64,000 bases of DNA from Eubacteriales bacterium (GTDB lineage: Bacteria > Bacillota > Clostridia > Oscillospirales > SIG627): positions 26,797 to 90,796 of the forward strand of contig JAZSON010000021.1 of the NCBI GenBank assembly GCA_045536965.1, read 5' to 3'. This document shows, in pieces, positions 18,730 to 28,057 of the stretch (the stretch's first letter is position 1; each line of letters starts with the position of its first letter). Under the pieces are notes generated by a model. The model had not been told where the DNA came from, did no database searches, and saw only the letters and a program-made list of their open reading frames with translations. Made by a program: the position numbers and the translations under genes.

Positions 18730-19674
18730 ATGAGTAAAAAATGTTTGCTAAAAATTGATATGCACATCCATACCGTTCCCTCGACAATGCTTTACCGCAA
18801 CAAAAACGGCGGAAGATATCCCACCGTGGAAGAACAGAGATACATAAATAAAGAAATTGGAATTGAAAGAAGTCTCCTGCTTCCCGAGGGTGCTTACGGC
18901 GAAGGTTCAAACGATACCGTTTCCATGCGCGAAGCATATAACATGGTCAAGGATAACCCCGATGTGTTCGGTTGGTGGTTTTGTAACCTTGCCCCCGAGG
19001 CAGGTGGCAATTCCCCTACCGAGGACCTCTCCTTTTTCCTTAATCAATTCAAAGAAAAAGGCGCAAAAGGTCTCGGTGAGCTGGTATATAACCGCGTATT
19101 TGATGAAGATCCTTATTTGCTCAACCTCTTAAAACACTGCGAGCTTTGCAACCTACCCGTTGTTATCCACATCGGCAAACGGTATAATGATTACGGTGTC
19201 GTTGACGAAGTCGGTCTTTACAGATTGGAACATGTTCTGCAAATGTTTCCGAAACTGATGATCATCGGTCATTCCCAAAAATTCTGGTCGGAGATGTCGG
19301 CTGATGTTACCGAAGCAAGCCGTGGCGGTTATCCGAACACCAAAGTTATTCCCGGACGCCTTTATGAGCTTATGCGTAAATATCCCAATCTCTATGCCGA
19401 CTTATCGGCTGGCAGTGGATACAACGCCATCGCCCGCGATCCCGAAAATGGTTACCGTTTCTTGGAAGAATTCCAAGACAAACTCTTTTTTGCAACCGAC
19501 CTTTGCGACCCCACCCAATTGGATTATTTCAAAAATGGACTTTCGCGCTTTTTGGATGAGGCCATGGAAGCGGGTCACATCTCCTATACTGCATATTATA
19601 AAATTTGCCGCGGTAACGCTTTGTATTTGTTGGATGGCGCCTCGTCCAACACCGCCGGCATGGAAATTGATTGA
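18730..19674 (+). CDS. Amidohydrolase_2 family metallo-hydrolase
   Basis: IDMHIH, KGLGE, PVVIH, IIGH, YADLSAGSG, FATD. Confidence 0.85.
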   Translation: MSKKCLLKIDMHIHTVPSTMLYRNKNGGRYPTVEEQRYINKEIGIERSLLLPEGAYGEGSNDTVSMREAYNMVKDNPDVFGWWFCNLAPEAGGNSPTEDLSFFLNQFKEKGAKGLGELVYNRVFDEDPYLLNLLKHCELCNLPVVIHIGKRYNDYGVVDEVGLYRLEHVLQMFPKLMIIGHSQKFWSEMSADVTEASRGGYPNTKVIPGRLYELMRKYPNLYADLSAGSGYNAIARDPENGYRFLEEFQDKLFFATDLCDPTQLDYFKNGLSRFLDEAMEAGHISYTAYYKICRGNALYLLDGASSNTAGMEID

Positions 19675-19688
19675 GGAGTGAACACATA

Positions 19689-20027
19689 ATGGATTGTATT
19701 TTTTGTAAAATCGCCGCGGGTGAAATACCCTCCCAAAAAGTGTTTGAAGATGATCGTGTTTTGGCCTTTTGTGACATCAATCCCCAAGCACCTGTACATA
19801 TTTTGATCATCCCCAAACAGCATATCGCATCGGTGGATGCCGTGACAGCCGACAATGCAGATGTAGTTGGTCATATTTTTGCCACCATTCCCTCAATCGC
19901 AAAGAGTGCAAACTTAATCGACGGTTACCGCGTAATTACAAACATCGGTACCCATGGATGTCAATCGGTCAAACATCTTCATTTTCATATTCTCGGCGGC
20001 AAACAACTGTCCGAACAAATGAGCTGA
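19689..20027 (+). CDS. HIT (histidine triad) nucleotide-binding protein
   Basis: DCIFCKI, DINPQAPVHILIIPK, QSVKHLHFHILGG. Confidence 0.95.
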   Translation: MDCIFCKIAAGEIPSQKVFEDDRVLAFCDINPQAPVHILIIPKQHIASVDAVTADNADVVGHIFATIPSIAKSANLIDGYRVITNIGTHGCQSVKHLHFHILGGKQLSEQMS

Positions 20028-20028
20028 A

Positions 20029-21078
20029 GTGGCAAGTGTATTTTCATTGGGTCATGTAACCCTTTCTGCTTATCGAAGCTTGGCCAAAACTCTCAAAAGC
20101 GGTGTTTTGCTGTTTTGGGGCGCTGAGGATTACATGAAACAACTTGAGCTTTCCGCTTTGCGTGCGCGATTGGATCCCGATACACTCGAATTCAATCACA
20201 TTAAACTCGATTTTGCACGCGACGCCACTTTGGAAGAACTGCAATATGAAGTCTCGGCTTTTTCCATGATGGGAGGATGCCGTTTGATCGAGGTGCGCGG
20301 TCTGGATATCCTTTCTTTGCGGGCGGATGACGAAAAGAAGCTTCTTGCCGCACTGGATTCTATGGATGACGATACCATTGTAGTTCTGTATTTTCCTCCC
20401 TGGGAGCTGGAGTTAAACAAAAAAAACAAAACCAAAAAAATCATCCGATCCCTCGAAGAGTGCGCCGCTATTGTAGAATTCCCCTTGCAAACCAACCAGA
20501 CTATAATCAAACTTTTCACCAAAAAAGCTTTGAGCGAAGGAATGGTATTTCCTGAAAGCGCGATTGAGCAAATGATTCAACAGGTTGGTTCCTCTCTTTT
20601 GCTACTCCGCTTGGAATATGATAAGCTTGCAATGTATGCCCGTCATAACCAACGCCGGGAAATCACCATCGAGGATGTTAAGACTGTTTGCAGCGCAAAC
20701 CCTGCGTTTAATTTAAATCAACTCCCCGATGCAGTGTGTTGGGGTGACCGCCATCAGGCTATCACTGTTTTCCGACAACTGGTTGCCGAAAAAACCGAAC
20801 CAACCATCATTGTTGCAACCCTTTCCCGCGCCATTGCCACGATGATCGCCACCCTTTCGGGGGAACATCGTGGATATAATCGCAAAGAAATTGCCACAAC
20901 ACTTGGTTCATTTGATTGGTTGATTGGAAAGTATTCGGGATATGTTAAACGATTTACCCCCGCGCAGCTTTCAACTTATCTCGCTGCTTGCGTAGAAGCT
21001 GATACCCGTATCAAATCCTCGGGAATCGATCCGTATCTCGTTTGCGAACAGCTACTCTATACCTTAACGGGTAGGTGA
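20029..21078 (+). CDS. holA: DNA polymerase III delta subunit
   Basis: LLFWGAEDYM, FNHIKLD, EYDKL...ITIEDV, AD..IKSSG pattern; 349 aa. Confidence 0.82.
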   Translation: MASVFSLGHVTLSAYRSLAKTLKSGVLLFWGAEDYMKQLELSALRARLDPDTLEFNHIKLDFARDATLEELQYEVSAFSMMGGCRLIEVRGLDILSLRADDEKKLLAALDSMDDDTIVVLYFPPWELELNKKNKTKKIIRSLEECAAIVEFPLQTNQTIIKLFTKKALSEGMVFPESAIEQMIQQVGSSLLLLRLEYDKLAMYARHNQRREITIEDVKTVCSANPAFNLNQLPDAVCWGDRHQAITVFRQLVAEKTEPTIIVATLSRAIATMIATLSGEHRGYNRKEIATTLGSFDWLIGKYSGYVKRFTPAQLSTYLAACVEADTRIKSSGIDPYLVCEQLLYTLTGR

Positions 21079-21082
21079 ATAT

Positions 21083-21691
21083 ATGTTACATATTGATCAG
21101 GCGGTCATTGTAGAAGGAAAATATGATAAAATCAAACTTTCCACCCTATTGGATACTACCATCATTACAACCGACGGGTTTGGAATATTCAATCAAAAAG
21201 AAAAAGCCGCTCTCATTCGCATGATTGGACAAAAACATGGTTTAATCGTTTTAACTGACAGCGATGGCGGCGGTCGCGTGATACGCAGTTTTCTCCGCAA
21301 TCTCTGCGCAGGTATCCCTGTTACCCATTTGTATATCCCGCGCGTCAAGGGAAAAGAAAAAAGAAAATCCAACCCTTCCAAAGAAGGATTTTTAGGGGTG
21401 GAAGGAATGTCGGTTGAGCTTCTCACTTCCTTGTTTGAGCGTGCAGGTATTATATATACCGATAAAAACTCTACCACAAAGGCGCCCTTTATGACAAAAG
21501 CGCTGTTGTATGCCGATGGTCTTTCGGGCGCGGTCGGTGCCACTGAACGCCGAAGAGCCCTTTGCGAAACGCTTGCTCTCCCCCCCGATCTTTCCTCAGC
21601 CGCGTTGGTTGAATCTATCAATTTACTTTTTACACCCTTTGAATATGAAGAAGCGGTGAAAAAAATATATGAAGAAAAGATAGGTGTTTAA
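21083..21691 (+). CDS. Toprim/DUF4093 protein (ribonuclease M5-like)
   Basis: IVEGKYD, LTDSDGGG..IR, KEGFLGVEG. Confidence 0.85.
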   Translation: MLHIDQAVIVEGKYDKIKLSTLLDTTIITTDGFGIFNQKEKAALIRMIGQKHGLIVLTDSDGGGRVIRSFLRNLCAGIPVTHLYIPRVKGKEKRKSNPSKEGFLGVEGMSVELLTSLFERAGIIYTDKNSTTKAPFMTKALLYADGLSGAVGATERRRALCETLALPPDLSSAALVESINLLFTPFEYEEAVKKIYEEKIGV

Positions 21692-21692
21692 T

Positions 21693-22457
21693 ATGTTAAA
21701 AACAGGTTTTTGTTCGGTTTCTTTCCGCAAGCTGTCGGTAAACGATACCATTGATCTGGCTGTCAAGTCGGGTCTTGACGGCATTGAATGGGGCGGCGAT
21801 ATTCATGTCCCCCCCGCTGATCTTCTCAACACAAAGAAAGTTCTTTCAGATACAAAGGCAGCCGGTTTGGAAGTCCTTTCCTATGGCTCTTATTACAAAC
21901 TTACAGACAATGACAATCCCGACAAACCCCATTTTTGCGACGTGCTCGCTTCAGCTAAAATTTTGGGTGTCGATACCATTCGTATTTGGGGCGGCTACAA
22001 GAACCGCGAGCTTTTAGACGATGATGCATATAAAGCACTCGTCGATGAGACCTTGTCGATTGCTGATGCCGCGAAAAAGGAGAACATCAAGATCGCATTT
22101 GAATTCCATGGCAATAGCATCACGAACACTTGTGATTCCGCCATTCAATTCATGAAAGATTTAAACCATGAAAATGTCGGTCTTTATTGGCAGGTCACAA
22201 CAGCGCAATCCATTGAAGAAAATTTGGCTTCTCTCAAACGCGTTGTTCCTTATCTCATGAACGTACACATCTTCAATTATTTCGAAGGTAAACAACAGCT
22301 TCTCGATGCCTACGATGGTTTGAAAGCCTGGAAGCAATATTTGGATATTATTCGCGCGGACGACCGCGATCACAATCTCTTCTTGGAATTCACAAAAGAC
22401 GGTCTTCCCGAAAACTTCCTGCATGATGCAGAAGTTCTTAATTCTTTGGTGAAATAA
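21693..22457 (+). CDS. Sugar phosphate isomerase/epimerase (AP-endonuclease-2 TIM barrel)
   Basis: GLCSVSFR-like start, GIEWGGDIHVP, SYGSYY, IRIWGG, FEFH, NVHIF, LEF. Confidence 0.82.
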   Translation: MLKTGFCSVSFRKLSVNDTIDLAVKSGLDGIEWGGDIHVPPADLLNTKKVLSDTKAAGLEVLSYGSYYKLTDNDNPDKPHFCDVLASAKILGVDTIRIWGGYKNRELLDDDAYKALVDETLSIADAAKKENIKIAFEFHGNSITNTCDSAIQFMKDLNHENVGLYWQVTTAQSIEENLASLKRVVPYLMNVHIFNYFEGKQQLLDAYDGLKAWKQYLDIIRADDRDHNLFLEFTKDGLPENFLHDAEVLNSLVK

Positions 22458-22460
22458 TTC

Positions 22461-22491
22461 AAAATGCACCTCAAATTTTGAGGTGCATTTT
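22461..22491. terminator. Hairpin/terminator 1 between convergent operons
   Basis: AAAATGCACCTCAAA-t-TTTGAGGTGCATTTT inverted repeat. Confidence 0.75.
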
Positions 22492-22504
22492 CATTGCAAA
22501 ATAT

Positions 22505-22538
22505 AAAGAAATCGGCGCAAATTTGCGCCGATTTCTTT
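22505..22538. terminator. Hairpin/terminator 2 (perfect 34-bp palindrome) after pfkA
   Basis: AAAGAAATCGGCGCAAA/TTTGCGCCGATTTCTTT. Confidence 0.75.
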
Positions 22539-23602
22539 TAGGTAAGTGTATAAAACTTATTGATTTTATGAATGTGGTTAAACTCTTCTTCCCGTTCTTT
22601 GATAATCTCCATCATGCGAAGGTACTCATCGCGAGGAATGGCCTCGATTTGTTGAACAGTGAGTTTGCCTTTATAAAGGGCATCCAATTTGAGGGCAAAG
22701 TCGATATCATAAGCAACGTAATCATTGTGCCGCTCACAAATCACTTTACCGCTGATACCGTTCATCAAAAGCTGAACCGCCTCGGTACCCATGGTAGAGG
22801 CCGCCACACGGTCGCGCACCGTGGGAACACCGCCTCGCTGGACATGTGCAAGACGAGCAAAACGAGTAAAGATCCCCGTGTGTTGCGTAATGCGCTCACA
22901 AAGCTCTTCCGCAAATTGTTCACCCATGTTTTCGGAAACGATGACTGTAAAGTCACGTCTGCCGGAATCACGGGCTTCTTTTAATTTGCGATAAAAACGC
23001 TCCTCATCAAAGGGACGTTCCTTTACAACGATACCACAAGCACAGCCTGCAAGTCCTGAATAGAGTGCCAAAAGACCTGCACCACGCCCCATAACTTCAA
23101 CCACACTGCAGCGTGCGTGTGATACGGAGGTATCTTTGAGACGGTCGACCATATCAATGATGGTGTCAAGCGCCGTGTCGAAACCAATGGTATAATCGGT
23201 TGCTGTAATATCGTTATCAATGGTAGCAGGAACGCCAATACAGGGAATCCCCAATTTACACAGATCACCCGCTCCACGTAAAGTACCGTCACCACCGATG
23301 ACAACAATGCCGTCGATTCCGGCCTTTTGACAGTTTTTCAGAGCGATTTTCTGCCCTTCCGAGGTTTTGAATTCATCGCAACGGTCGGAATATAGGACAG
23401 TACCGCCCTCGCGCATGATACGGGTAACACTGTTATAATCCATAGACCTGAAATCCGCATCGATTAAACCCGCATAACCACGCGCAATACCGATCGGTTC
23501 GATACCATAATATAATGCTGTTCGAACCACGGCACGGACGGCCGCGTTCATACCGGAGGCATCTCCTCCGCTGGTGAGAACACCAATGCGTTTCATAGTC
23601 AT
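22538..23602 (-). CDS. pfkA: ATP-dependent 6-phosphofructokinase
   Basis: LTSGGDASGMN, GGDGT (Gly at donor-specificity position), PATIDND, EVMGR, HVQRGG. Confidence 0.9.
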   Translation of the reverse strand: MTMKRIGVLTSGGDASGMNAAVRAVVRTALYYGIEPIGIARGYAGLIDADFRSMDYNSVTRIMREGGTVLYSDRCDEFKTSEGQKIALKNCQKAGIDGIVVIGGDGTLRGAGDLCKLGIPCIGVPATIDNDITATDYTIGFDTALDTIIDMVDRLKDTSVSHARCSVVEVMGRGAGLLALYSGLAGCACGIVVKERPFDEERFYRKLKEARDSGRRDFTVIVSENMGEQFAEELCERITQHTGIFTRFARLAHVQRGGVPTVRDRVAASTMGTEAVQLLMNGISGKVICERHNDYVAYDIDFALKLDALYKGKLTVQQIEAIPRDEYLRMMEIIKEREEEFNHIHKINKFYTLT

Positions 23603-23619
23603 AGTTTTATTCCTTTCGG

Positions 23620-24867
23620 TCAGTTGACCTTTACTTTCTTCAAACGAACAAATCTGGGAAGGCCGTTTTCATAGGATAATTGGGTAGCACCTTGAATCAA
23701 GGGCAGTGCGTAATCGATGAATTGCTGGTTCATGCCGTCTCCGCTTTCGTTGATCCATTCGCGGGGCACTTTCTTTTCGGTGTTGGCAACAACCGTAAGA
23801 TCAAAAAGTTTGGTGTTGCAGACATATTTGCCATCGACATAGGTTCTTTCAAAACCAACCATCTTATCGGTGATACCGGCAACCGCATTTTCAACAGCTG
23901 CTTTACCTGCTGCAAAGGATTCGTCAAGGTCGGTCTGAGAAGCGCAGTGAGCGGCGCATCTTTGGAGAAGGCTCAATTCAATACCGCGGACTTTAACACC
24001 CAGTCTCTTCTTAACTTCGTTTGCGAGGAAGGGAGCTAAGCCACCAAGCTGTGCATGACCAAAACCATCTTTGGCTTGAGCCATATCGCTGCCGTACTCG
24101 GAGATGTATTTACCATCCTTATCACGGATACCTTCAGAAACAACAACAAGACATTTTTTCTTGGCATTGTAGATTTCTTCTACCTTGCCAAGGAAGTTTT
24201 GGAGATCAAAGGGAAGCTCGGGGAGATAAATAAGGTCGGGACCGGTGCCCATGTAAGATGCAAGGGATGCGGAAGCGGTCAACCAACCTGCATTTCTACC
24301 CATAGCTTCGATGACGGTAACCATGCCGATGTCATAGACATTTGCATCCTGATACACTTCCATCACAGAGGTGGCAATGTATTTAGCTGCAGAACCGAAA
24401 CCGGGGCAGTGATCAGTACCGGCAAGGTCGTTGTCGATGGTCTTGGGAATACCCATAACACGGCAGGGATAGTTGTTTTTCAACATAAACTTGGAGATTT
24501 TATTGCAGGTGTCCATGGAATCGTTACCGCCGTTATAGAAGAAATAGCGGACATCATATTTCTTGAAGATTTCGAGAATACGACGGTAATCGGTGTCATC
24601 TTCATCAGGGTTTTTAAGTTTGTAGCGGCAAGAACCGAGCGCAGAAGAAGGGGTGTATTTCATGAACGCCAATTCTTCGGGATCCTCTTTACCCATATCG
24701 ATCAAACAATCGTCCAAAACACCTCGAATACCATTGCAAGCAGCATAAACGTTGGTGATGTCTTCACATTCAAGAGCGGTTTTGATTGCGCCGTATGCAC
24801 TGGCATTGATAACCGAGGTAGGACCACCGGACTGACCGATGATACATGCGCCTTTGAGTTTTTCCAT
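23620..24867 (-). CDS. pfp: PPi-dependent 6-phosphofructokinase
   Basis: GQSGGPTSVIN, GGNDS (Asp at donor position), PKTIDNDL (Lys), MGRNAGW. Confidence 0.88.
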   Translation of the reverse strand: MEKLKGACIIGQSGGPTSVINASAYGAIKTALECEDITNVYAACNGIRGVLDDCLIDMGKEDPEELAFMKYTPSSALGSCRYKLKNPDEDDTDYRRILEIFKKYDVRYFFYNGGNDSMDTCNKISKFMLKNNYPCRVMGIPKTIDNDLAGTDHCPGFGSAAKYIATSVMEVYQDANVYDIGMVTVIEAMGRNAGWLTASASLASYMGTGPDLIYLPELPFDLQNFLGKVEEIYNAKKKCLVVVSEGIRDKDGKYISEYGSDMAQAKDGFGHAQLGGLAPFLANEVKKRLGVKVRGIELSLLQRCAAHCASQTDLDESFAAGKAAVENAVAGITDKMVGFERTYVDGKYVCNTKLFDLTVVANTEKKVPREWINESGDGMNQQFIDYALPLIQGATQLSYENGLPRFVRLKKVKVN

Positions 24868-25004
24868 AAAAAATTTCCATCCTTTATATTATATTTTTAT
24901 GAGGTAATCACTTCTCTATTTATACCATAAAATTTTAAATAAATCAAGTGAAAGTGCAGATTTTTTTGTTCGATTGTATTTTTTGCAGAAATACGCCGAA
25001 TCCC

Positions 25005-25032
25005 TTGACATTTTTCAAGAATGTGGTAAAAT
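25005..25032 (+). promoter_or_regulatory. SigA promoter of fba
   Basis: TTGACA-16-TAAAAT with extended TGn. Confidence 0.65.
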
Positions 25033-25069
25033 AAATGCAATTCTATGATAAAAAGGAGTAAAAAAGAAT

Positions 25070-26005
25070 ATGCCTATCGTAACATCTAAAGAAATGTTCA
25101 AAAAAGCTTATGAAGGCGGTTATGCCATCGGTGCTTTCAATGTTAACAACATGGAAATTATCCAGGGTATCACCGAAGCTGCCAAAGAAGAAAATGCACC
25201 TTTGATTCTGCAGGTTTCTTCCGGCGCAAGAAAATACGCCAACCACACCTATTTGATGAAGCTCATTGAAGCAGCTTGCATCGAAACAGACCTTCCTATC
25301 TGTGTTCACTTGGATCACGGCGATACTTTTGAACTTTGCAAATCCTGCATCGACGGCGGTTTCTCCTCTGTTATGATCGACGGTAGCCACCACTCTTTCG
25401 AGGATAACGTCAAACTGACCAAGCAGGTCGTTGAATACGCCCATGCACACGGCGTTGTCGTTGAAGGCGAACTTGGCAGACTTGCAGGTATCGAGGATGC
25501 AGTCAACGTTTCGGACGCTGACGCCGCCTACACCGATCCCGATCAAGTTATCGAATTTGTTGAAAGAACCGGCGTTGACTCTTTGGCTATCGCCATCGGT
25601 ACCAGCCACGGCGCTTACAAATTCAAGCCCGGCACAAAACCCCAACTTCGTTTTGATATTCTTGAAAAAGTCAGCGCAAAACTCCCCGGATTCCCCATCG
25701 TTTTGCACGGTGCTTCCTCCGTTATCCCCGAATACGTTAAGATGATCAACGAAAACGGCGGTAAAATGCCCGACGCTATCGGTATCCCCGAAGATATGCT
25801 TCGTCAAGCAGCCTCTATGAGCGTTTGCAAAATCAACATTGACTCCGACCTCCGTCTTGCTATGACCGGTACCGTTCGTCAATATTTTGCAGAACATCCT
25901 GATCACTTCGATCCCCGTCAATATCTCAAACCCGCCCGCGAAAACATCAAAGCACTTGTTAAACACAAGCTTGTCAATGTTCTTGGCTGCAACGGCAAAG
26001 CGTAA
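25070..26005 (+). CDS. fba: Class II fructose-1,6-bisphosphate aldolase
   Basis: GAFNVNN, HLDHG, SVMIDGS, EGELG, GTSHGAYK, VLHGAS, KINIDSD. Confidence 0.96.
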   Translation: MPIVTSKEMFKKAYEGGYAIGAFNVNNMEIIQGITEAAKEENAPLILQVSSGARKYANHTYLMKLIEAACIETDLPICVHLDHGDTFELCKSCIDGGFSSVMIDGSHHSFEDNVKLTKQVVEYAHAHGVVVEGELGRLAGIEDAVNVSDADAAYTDPDQVIEFVERTGVDSLAIAIGTSHGAYKFKPGTKPQLRFDILEKVSAKLPGFPIVLHGASSVIPEYVKMINENGGKMPDAIGIPEDMLRQAASMSVCKINIDSDLRLAMTGTVRQYFAEHPDHFDPRQYLKPARENIKALVKHKLVNVLGCNGKA

Positions 26006-26016
26006 AGAGATTTTAG

Positions 26017-26052
26017 TGAAAGCGGGCAGCGTTTGCTGCCCGCTTCAATTTT
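26017..26052 (+). terminator. Terminator after fba
   Basis: AAGCGGGCAGC-gttt-GCTGCCCGCTT followed by T-rich tract. Confidence 0.8.
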
Positions 26053-26174
26053 ATTATTTGTATCCCACCCCAACAACAGTATTTTTACTGTGATTTGAGA
26101 TAAAATAAATATTATCTTTAAAATAATAAGACAAGACTCACAACAATAAGTATTATGCATAGCGGGGAGTAATT

Positions 26175-27026
26175 ATGAACGATAAAAATTATGTAAAAAA
26201 AGTAATTGCTGCACATGACCTTTCAGGGTGTGGCAGATGCGCTCTTACCGCTATTATCCCCACGCTGGCTGCTATGGGTGTGCAACCCATTCCCCTCCCA
26301 ACGGCCGTTTTATCCACACAGACCGACGGATACGATCATTTTACATTCAAAGATCTGTCAGATCAAATTGAACCGATCTGCCGTCATTGGGAAAGCTTGG
26401 GACGGAGTTTTGATGCGATTTATACCGGTTATCTTGCCAATGATCAGCAAGCAGAGCTCATATATCAATTGATTCAACCATACAAAGACAGAACCGTCTT
26501 AATTGATCCGGTTTTGGGTGATCACGGGGCGCTTTATCCTGCTTGTGTGCCCCAATTGATAAAATCGATGAAAAAGCTCGTTTCGCTCGCAAGTATTACA
26601 ACCCCGAATCTGACAGAAGCCGCGCTGTTACTCGATTGCGAATGTCCGAAAAATTTCAGTAAAGCGAAAATTCATGACTTACTTGCGGGGATTGCCGATT
26701 TGGGGCCCAAAAAAATCGTCATCACGGGCATACCGCAAGATGATAAAATTATCACTGCATATTTGGATGCTTCTTTGGGCCGATGTGATCATTACATCCA
26801 AACGAAAATTGAGAAAACTTATCCCGGAACGGGTGATATATTCACGTCGGTCCTTCTCGGATGTATACTCAATAATTCTCCGCTATCGGATGCAGTCAAA
26901 TTTGCCGCCGATTTTGTTGGAGACGTGATTGCCTACTCTTCGCAGTACAACTATCCTCCACGCGAAGGTGTGTTGCTTGAACCCTGTCTATATAAACTCA
27001 CGGATTGGAGAAAACTCCATGTATGA
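26175..27026 (+). CDS. pdxK: Pyridoxal/pyridoxamine kinase
   Basis: HDLSGCGRCAL, PLPTAVLS, DAIYTGYL, IDPVLGD, TPNLTEA, YPGTGD. Confidence 0.88.
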   Translation: MNDKNYVKKVIAAHDLSGCGRCALTAIIPTLAAMGVQPIPLPTAVLSTQTDGYDHFTFKDLSDQIEPICRHWESLGRSFDAIYTGYLANDQQAELIYQLIQPYKDRTVLIDPVLGDHGALYPACVPQLIKSMKKLVSLASITTPNLTEAALLLDCECPKNFSKAKIHDLLAGIADLGPKKIVITGIPQDDKIITAYLDASLGRCDHYIQTKIEKTYPGTGDIFTSVLLGCILNNSPLSDAVKFAADFVGDVIAYSSQYNYPPREGVLLEPCLYKLTDWRKLHV

Positions 27027-27540
27027 TAGAAATTTAAAATTTCTCTCCATTGCTTCAATCCTGACGGCCATGACCGTCATTTTCTCCATTTTATTTCCCA
27101 TTCCCATTCCGAGCGGATTTCTCTTTTTGGGGGATGTGTTTATTTATCTTGCCGCTATTCTTCTCCCCAAGCCGTACGCTGTAGCAACAGCGGCTATCGG
27201 CGGTATTGTTTCGGATATTTTATTATCCTATACAGTATACGCCCCATTTACCTTTGTAATTAAACCGCTCTTGGTTCTCGCTTTTAAAAACGAAACCGAT
27301 CGATGTTTGTCACGGCGAAACTGCTTAGCGCCGCTCTTGGGTGTTCTGATTACACTTGGCGGTTACTTTTTTGCCGATTGGTTTATCGGCGGCAAACTTG
27401 GCGGATATGCCTATGCACTCCTTTCTCTGCCTTTCAACGCATTGCAAGCAGGGGTTTCAGGAATTCTTTTTCTCTCTGTTTGCCTCATTTTTGATAAAAT
27501 GCAACTAAAATCCATTTTGAAAATTCAACCAAAGAGGTAA
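27019..27540 (+). CDS. ECF transporter S component (probably vitamin B6-related)
   Basis: Multi-TM ~173 aa; GF..LGD.FIYLAA.LLP.PYA, AIGG..SD, APFTFVIK; overlaps pdxK stop. Confidence 0.8.
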   Translation: MYDRNLKFLSIASILTAMTVIFSILFPIPIPSGFLFLGDVFIYLAAILLPKPYAVATAAIGGIVSDILLSYTVYAPFTFVIKPLLVLAFKNETDRCLSRRNCLAPLLGVLITLGGYFFADWFIGGKLGGYAYALLSLPFNALQAGVSGILFLSVCLIFDKMQLKSILKIQPKR

Positions 27541-27544
27541 AACT

Positions 27545-28057
27545 ATGTTTAAAAGTTTGGTTCCCGACTGCTACGCAGAGCATGTAGAATATTATGATTC
27601 CCAATTCTTTTTATCACGCGGTATTCGAGGTGTGCTCTTTGATATCGACAATACACTGGAACCGTATGCCAACGCCACACCCTCGGATAAAACACTTGCC
27701 TATTTAAAATCCTTGGCTGACGCAGGTATTCAATACGGTTTTGTTTCTAATAATAATCAAGAGCGCGTTGAAAAATTCAATGCAAATATCGGTGCATTTG
27801 CATCGTGGAAATCCAACAAACCGAGCGGGAAAGCATTGGAACGCGCAAGAATTCAATTCAAACTGGATAAAAGTGAGATGGCCATGATCGGTGATCAGCT
27901 TTTAACCGATGTTTGGGCGGGTAAACGGTATGGTATACTCGCACTTTTGACCGTTCCCTGTTGCAAAAAAGAAGCGATACATATTAAGTTCAAGCGTTTG
28001 ATTGAACTGCCGTTTTTGTGGTATTACAAACATAAACATGGAGGGATTGCAAAATGA
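27545..28057 (+). CDS. YqeG family HAD IIIA phosphatase
   Basis: FDIDNTL, VSNN, KP, MIGDQLLTDVWAG. Confidence 0.9.
   Translation: MFKSLVPDCYAEHVEYYDSQFFLSRGIRGVLFDIDNTLEPYANATPSDKTLAYLKSLADAGIQYGFVSNNNQERVEKFNANIGAFASWKSNKPSGKALERARIQFKLDKSEMAMIGDQLLTDVWAGKRYGILALLTVPCCKKEAIHIKFKRLIELPFLWYYKHKHGGIAK

Noticed and set aside
22461-22538. Paired palindromes as REP/MITE or CRISPR-like repeats (also 30983-31051)
   Set aside because: The hairpins are unrelated in sequence and lie between convergent genes, so they are best explained as one terminator per direction.
24055-25966. Long antisense ORFs opposite pfp and fba (also 16091-17014 opposite alaS, 54095-55081 opposite the oxidoreductase, 63355-63915 opposite relA)
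   Set aside because: They are mirror frames of well-conserved genes with biased codon use, and their translations show no recognisable motifs.
26076-26091. Palindrome ACAGTA-tttt-TACTGT upstream of pdxK as an operator
   Set aside because: Only 6-bp arms in an AT-rich spacer, a single copy and no nearby regulator; could be chance.
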